64,000 nucleotides of DNA, taken from contig CAZYIM010000009.1 in the NCBI GenBank assembly GCA_964647565.1, positions 11,266 to 75,265 on the forward strand, written 5' to 3'. Source of the stretch: an uncultured Methanosarcinales archaeon (GTDB taxonomy: Archaea; Nanobdellota; Nanobdellia; Woesearchaeales; CAZYIM01). The notes below the pieces were generated by a model that ran no database searches, was not told the DNA's origin, and saw nothing but the letters and a program-made list of their open reading frames with translations. Positions 59,497 to 64,000 of this stretch are shown one piece after another; the stretch's first letter is position 1, and every line of letters begins with the position of its first letter. The translations under genes were made by a program, and so were the position numbers.

Positions 59497-60162
59497 TTAA
59501 AACCTTTTCTCCAAGGGCTGATAATTTTCCCTTTGTTCAGATCCTGGAATGATGATAGCAGTTACAACCAGCTCAACGCCTCCGAAATATTCGACTGGCT
59601 TGTTGTCTCTTAACACCGGTTCACCATCTTTCATGACCTTTTGTTTCTTAAAAAGCCTATTCAGGATAGCATTCTTTTTCACTTTCTGACCGTTTACAGT
59701 AATGGTGTATCCGCCGTGTTTTCCGCCTTGATCTTTGATGAGTCGTGCAACCTCTCCGGTTCCATACATCTCATCCTTGATTCTGCTTACAGGTTCCTCA
59801 AACTTTCTGCCAATTTCTCTTTGAAATTTAGCGTCTTCTCCAGCAACCTTAACTGCAACTTCATCACCAACTGTATAAAGCGCGATCTGGTCTGCTGTTC
59901 CATGTAGGAACACATTCCTAGCCTCATCCTTTATAGAGTAGGTCATCCTGTCTCCCTCAATGCATCCAGGAAAGGCAGTCAAAGCCATCCTGTAGCCACC
60001 AATATCCTCAAGAGTCAATTTCTTGGCTCTCATACCTTTTTCTTCTTTCGTAACCTCTGCATCAGGTCTATCGTTACCACATCTTCGGGTTGCAGTAATT
60101 GTACCTGTAGTTTTAGGTTCTTGTGCTTTGGGCTTTTTTTTCTTTGCTTTTGTATTTGCCAT
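59497..60162 (-). CDS. Putative ubiquitin-like (beta-grasp) protein with a 14-aa C-terminal extension
   Basis: EPVSRIKDEM helix, YTITVNGQKV..NAIL, terminal strand VELVVTAIIIPG; GGAGG RBS; first gene of the operon. Confidence 0.5.
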   Translation of the reverse strand: MANTKAKKKKPKAQEPKTTGTITATRRCGNDRPDAEVTKEEKGMRAKKLTLEDIGGYRMALTAFPGCIEGDRMTYSIKDEARNVFLHGTADQIALYTVGDEVAVKVAGEDAKFQREIGRKFEEPVSRIKDEMYGTGEVARLIKDQGGKHGGYTITVNGQKVKKNAILNRLFKKQKVMKDGEPVLRDNKPVEYFGGVELVVTAIIIPGSEQRENYQPLEKRF

Positions 60163-60232
60163 TTTTTTCCTCCAAACGTAATATTCGATTCGAATTCACG
60201 TCAATTTTTTATCCATTTTTTTATATTTATAT

Positions 60233-62230
60233 CTAAAATGTCATTAACTCTCTATCAACATTAGCTGTTTTTAAGCCATCGAAATGTTGGCCATATTGTC
60301 TTGTTCTCAAGTACCAGGGATTCTGAGTTTTACCACTATGATATATATTCAACGCATCTATGAATCGAGAATCTCCCACTTGCTGTCTGTATTTTACTGC
60401 AAAATCAATGATCACATCCGGCAAATTAGTTGAAGCTCGACAACCAAACCCTTTTTTCGGCAGCTCAAGATTAAGGCAGCCACCTGAAGGGCATGCCTGC
60501 ATCAAGATCTCATCTGACAACTGCAATATCTCAGGAGTATATTTGAATGTCTCCTGAAAATCATAATATTTCTTGCTCTCAGCATAGAAATCATACAGAC
60601 CTGATGAAAACAAAAGCTTATCTCTTTGCATCTTGATCTCTGTTGAGATATTATGTACAATTTCATTCATCTCAGTAATGCCTTGGTTCCTGGCCTTTGC
60701 AATCCTGTTGAAAAAAGCATCCTGCAGATATTTGCCAACTCTATATGAACTACTGAAATTAGACTTTAGTCTCTCAACATTAAGGATAAACGGATTATCG
60801 TTGTTATTAATAGCTATCAGGGTTTTCTTATGTTCCTCATCATCAGCAAGATATATTACTGTAGCAGGCCCAATCTGCTCATAAATATCCGCCTGGGGTA
60901 TTTCCTGGCTGGTAAAGATGATAAAAGGCGTGCCTGTCTCATCCAGAGGAGGCAGCTCAGTATGTTTTGTAATCTTTTTTCTAATACCCATTTCAAATAG
61001 GCTTGTAAGCTCACCAGGATATCTGGATAGCAGCATGATTTGTCCGTGGTCAACTTTTTTTGGCAGATCATAGTTGCCTTTCTTGATAATAGCATCAACC
61101 AAGTCTTTTCGGCCGATTTTCTCAAATGCATTCTGAAGGTCATAAAATAATTCATTCCCATTTGTTAGTGTTGTCTCAATCTTCTCGAGATCTTTTTCTA
61201 TCAGCTGATCAAAGCCTACAAGATCGTGCTCTGCTCTCTTTCCAGTTATGAATCGTAGATGTTTTTGCATCAGGCCACTGGATTCAAACTGACTTTTGTC
61301 AGACAGATCAACAATTAGTTCTTTTGCTGCCAGTTGCTTTTCCAGAGCTGTTTTCTTTTTAGCAGATTCAGCAATATATAATATTGTAGAATGAGGATAT
61401 ATCCTTTGGATATCCTTATGCGCTGTCAAATCCCCAACAAATACTATACCTGGATTTTCACCTGAGTTATAGGGTCTTGCATCAAACTTTGATGTGTATT
61501 CCTTATTGATTCCCAGGCTCAAGTCTTCTATCTTTTTCTTAGCACCCGCCTTTGCAATTACAACAGCATGGATCATTGATGGTTCTTTTATTAGATATTC
61601 AAATCCATTCAGGCTATCCTTTAACCTATGATATTCATCAGATAAAACTGCCCCTGGTTTGAATACTCCTAACTGCAGATATGCCTTTAAGAGATCCATT
61701 GCTTTTAGAACATCATTGGTCGGAAATCCCTGTGGAAACTGGTCCGGGGATGTAAAATTAGCTTTAGGATCAATAGAGACTATCAAAGACTCAAGATCTG
61801 CGATCTGATCATTCAGCATATCTGTTGCCCTGACTTCGTCTATATATTGCTGTCTCAATTCTGGACTGAGCAGGGCAGCGCCTGTAAATAACTCATCCAA
61901 CATAACTTGTTCATCAGGATGAGCTTGAGCCCTCTCTTTCACTACATCTAATACCTGATTAAATGTTTGTTCACCAAGATATGCATATGAAAAAGGAGCA
62001 ACACCCACTATATGATTAGGATCTGTAAAAGAATGCTTAATATCATTCAGAAAATCTTTTGCCTTGTTAAATCCCCGTGTAGCATCAGAACCATTTTCAG
62101 GATTGACAGTATCAAGACCAAAAGAAAATAGCAGAGTAAAACCAAATTTGTCCAGGCTTTTAGCATACAACTCGTTGCTATCTATGCCTTCTAGCTCCAT
62201 AAGTTTGGCGAGGTATTCTTCTTGCTTCAT
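60233..62230 (-). CDS. Hypothetical protein (665 aa) with an internally duplicated alpha/beta module
   Basis: Long ORF; T[IV][LI]Y[IL]A...KK..L...KS.F.SS....K.L occurs twice; C-terminal CPSGGC...C. Confidence 0.7.
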   Translation of the reverse strand: MKQEEYLAKLMELEGIDSNELYAKSLDKFGFTLLFSFGLDTVNPENGSDATRGFNKAKDFLNDIKHSFTDPNHIVGVAPFSYAYLGEQTFNQVLDVVKERAQAHPDEQVMLDELFTGAALLSPELRQQYIDEVRATDMLNDQIADLESLIVSIDPKANFTSPDQFPQGFPTNDVLKAMDLLKAYLQLGVFKPGAVLSDEYHRLKDSLNGFEYLIKEPSMIHAVVIAKAGAKKKIEDLSLGINKEYTSKFDARPYNSGENPGIVFVGDLTAHKDIQRIYPHSTILYIAESAKKKTALEKQLAAKELIVDLSDKSQFESSGLMQKHLRFITGKRAEHDLVGFDQLIEKDLEKIETTLTNGNELFYDLQNAFEKIGRKDLVDAIIKKGNYDLPKKVDHGQIMLLSRYPGELTSLFEMGIRKKITKHTELPPLDETGTPFIIFTSQEIPQADIYEQIGPATVIYLADDEEHKKTLIAINNNDNPFILNVERLKSNFSSSYRVGKYLQDAFFNRIAKARNQGITEMNEIVHNISTEIKMQRDKLLFSSGLYDFYAESKKYYDFQETFKYTPEILQLSDEILMQACPSGGCLNLELPKKGFGCRASTNLPDVIIDFAVKYRQQVGDSRFIDALNIYHSGKTQNPWYLRTRQYGQHFDGLKTANVDRELMTF

Positions 62231-62248
62231 TTGCGGTTACTTCCTGAG

Positions 62249-63778
62249 TTATTTTGTTTTGGCAATCTCTTTAACAGCAGAGACTGCTCTTTCTGCATCG
62301 TCCTTGTTATTGTAGACATAGAAACTCATACGCAATGTACCCTCATCAATACCCATGTATTCATGGGCCAGGGAAGCACAATGGTCACCGTTTCTCGTCT
62401 CCACATGTCGTTTGTTCAACTCAAATGCAACTGTCTGTGGATCCTGCCCTTTGATATTAAAGGCAATCAATCCAGTTCGCTTTTTAGCATCCAGTGGCCC
62501 ATAAAGCTCAACACCATCAATAGCCGAAAGGCCGTCAATAGCATACTGGATTAGCTCCTCTTCATGCTGCATTATGTTAGTCATAGAAGTCTTGACTCTA
62601 TTCCTCGCCGCGGTTAATCTAGCATCAGGATTTTTTAAGATCTTGATCGTATCAGGATGTTTTTTGAGATATGCAGTCCATTCCTGCTTTTTCTCCTCAG
62701 GAACAATATAACTACCCTGATAGTCTCCTCTGCAGGTGTTCATCAGGATATCTGTCTCGATCTGCCTGCATATTTGTTTTTTAAAAACCGTTGTCTCAGT
62801 TTCATTTGGAGAAACCAGGTTATCTAAACCAAGATTAATCATGAATTCGATGCCATAACCAGTGGCTATGGTTCCAAGCACATTAGGTGTGCCTGCAGTA
62901 TATCTCCAGGGCAGGTCCTTGAATACAACCTCTCCTTCCCTGACAACATCAATCATGTCGCCGCCCACTAAAAAGGGATCTAGGTTTGAGAGCACTTTAT
63001 ATTTAGAATAAAGACCGCCCACTCCTAACGGAAGGCCTGCCTTGTGGAAGGACCATGCTAAGAAGTCACAGTCAATATCCTGTACATCTACTGGGCTTGC
63101 GGGTATCAATTGTGCTGCATCAACTAGTAAATATGATCCATTAAATCCTGTGTGCTGGCCGTATCCGCTTGAATGTGCAATCTCGCCAATCCTCTTAAGA
63201 TCAGGTTTAACACCCATGAAATTAGAAGCACCAGTAACAGCAACAAGCTTGGTATGATTATCAACATAGCTCTCAAGTTGGGCCATATCAAGCTCTCCTG
63301 TCTCTTTGTCAAAATCAACCATCCTTATCTCAACATCTTCAACACCAATTTTATCCAATCGCTGCTGGAGCCACCACCACGGAACATAGTTGGAGTTATG
63401 CTCAAGCCTTGTTGTCACAATATTATCATTCTTACGAAACCAGTGCTCAAAGGAATGCACAACAAGATTGATCATCTCAGTTGTGTTCCTGCCAAAGATA
63501 ATTTCTCTATAGGATTCGGCATTGATCAGATTTGCAGCTATATTATAGGCCCGTTCAAATCTTTCAGTAGAAACCTGAGAAGCATCGTATTCTCCTCTGT
63601 GAATATTTGCATAGTCAAAAAGAGATGATAGAAATTTTTCCATGACAGGAAGCGCCATCTGCGTCGATGCGGTGTTATCAACAAAGGTTCTTGGATGTTC
63701 CCGCGGATTGTTTAATCTAAGATCGATCGTCTCCATCAAGTATGGGTACAGCCCCCTAATTGTCTCTGTATTTAACAT
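62249..63778 (-). CDS. sufS: Group II cysteine desulfurase (SufS/CsdA family) with an insertion
   Basis: DNTAST, NIHRG, EHNSN, DAAQ, SFHK (PLP lysine), GTPN, RNGDHCA; GGAGG RBS before ATG 63778. Confidence 0.88.
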   Translation of the reverse strand: MLNTETIRGLYPYLMETIDLRLNNPREHPRTFVDNTASTQMALPVMEKFLSSLFDYANIHRGEYDASQVSTERFERAYNIAANLINAESYREIIFGRNTTEMINLVVHSFEHWFRKNDNIVTTRLEHNSNYVPWWWLQQRLDKIGVEDVEIRMVDFDKETGELDMAQLESYVDNHTKLVAVTGASNFMGVKPDLKRIGEIAHSSGYGQHTGFNGSYLLVDAAQLIPASPVDVQDIDCDFLAWSFHKAGLPLGVGGLYSKYKVLSNLDPFLVGGDMIDVVREGEVVFKDLPWRYTAGTPNVLGTIATGYGIEFMINLGLDNLVSPNETETTVFKKQICRQIETDILMNTCRGDYQGSYIVPEEKKQEWTAYLKKHPDTIKILKNPDARLTAARNRVKTSMTNIMQHEEELIQYAIDGLSAIDGVELYGPLDAKKRTGLIAFNIKGQDPQTVAFELNKRHVETRNGDHCASLAHEYMGIDEGTLRMSFYVYNNKDDAERAVSAVKEIAKTK

Positions 63779-64000
63779 ACAATTGCCTCCATAGGAACCC
63801 TCGGTAATATCTAAGACGAGGGAAAACAACAATCTTTATAAATCTTCCTATCCATCACTACTCCGAAGTTACAGCAAAATAGAAAATCAAAGAAGACTTA
63901 TCCATAGATTCTCAATAAAATGGAAATATTTCGATAAAACCTAGAAGAAATTCATCCGTAATACAACTTACCCTTGGACTTCTGTTCCCTATCCAACTGC

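Noticed and set aside
62585..62815. Intein in SufS
   Set aside because: The insertion is short and lacks the C/S start and HN-C/S/T end
63798..63822. Hairpin CCCTCG-N13-CGAGGG upstream of sufS as a riboswitch
   Set aside because: It is only a 6-bp stem with no recognisable aptamer consensus; it could be an operator but cannot be supported
1..64000. CRISPR array, rRNA, transposase, integrase or prophage
   Set aside because: I saw no regularly spaced direct repeats, rRNA-like segments, or recombinase or capsid motifs

Overview
Gene-dense, AT-rich archaeal DNA. The gene set (TrmB and Lrp regulators, CarS, NucS, Nre, NcsA/TtuA, an intron-containing tRNA-Thr, GGTGA/GGAGG ribosome-binding sites, TTTATA boxes) fits a DPANN archaeon, probably Woesearchaeota-like; this lineage call is an inference. 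Two loci stand out. (1) At 465-19237, 17 co-oriented, tightly packed genes with unrelated C-terminal domains (TPR, PQQ-type beta-propeller, NHL propeller, helical, some membrane-anchored) all begin with the same ~20-aa leader, M-[STPGA]-L-E-[EK]-[DE]-[IV]-x-K-x-[KR]-K-x-L-x-x-L-x-[IF]. A 10-codon leader-only remnant follows the last gene, and a TrmB gene sits inside the array. (2) At 49533-60162, a minus-strand operon encodes a ubiquitin-like protein with a C-terminal extension, an E2/UBC-like protein, a JAMM/JAB protease, an E1 with fused inactive and active adenylation domains, a 1243-aa repeat protein and a B12 radical SAM enzyme; a cysteine desulfurase lies two genes upstream. The middle of the window is mostly housekeeping: purine, lipid head-group, repair and tRNA-modification genes, two toxin-antitoxin loci and surface proteins. 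All calls come from reading motifs by eye; no database searches were run.
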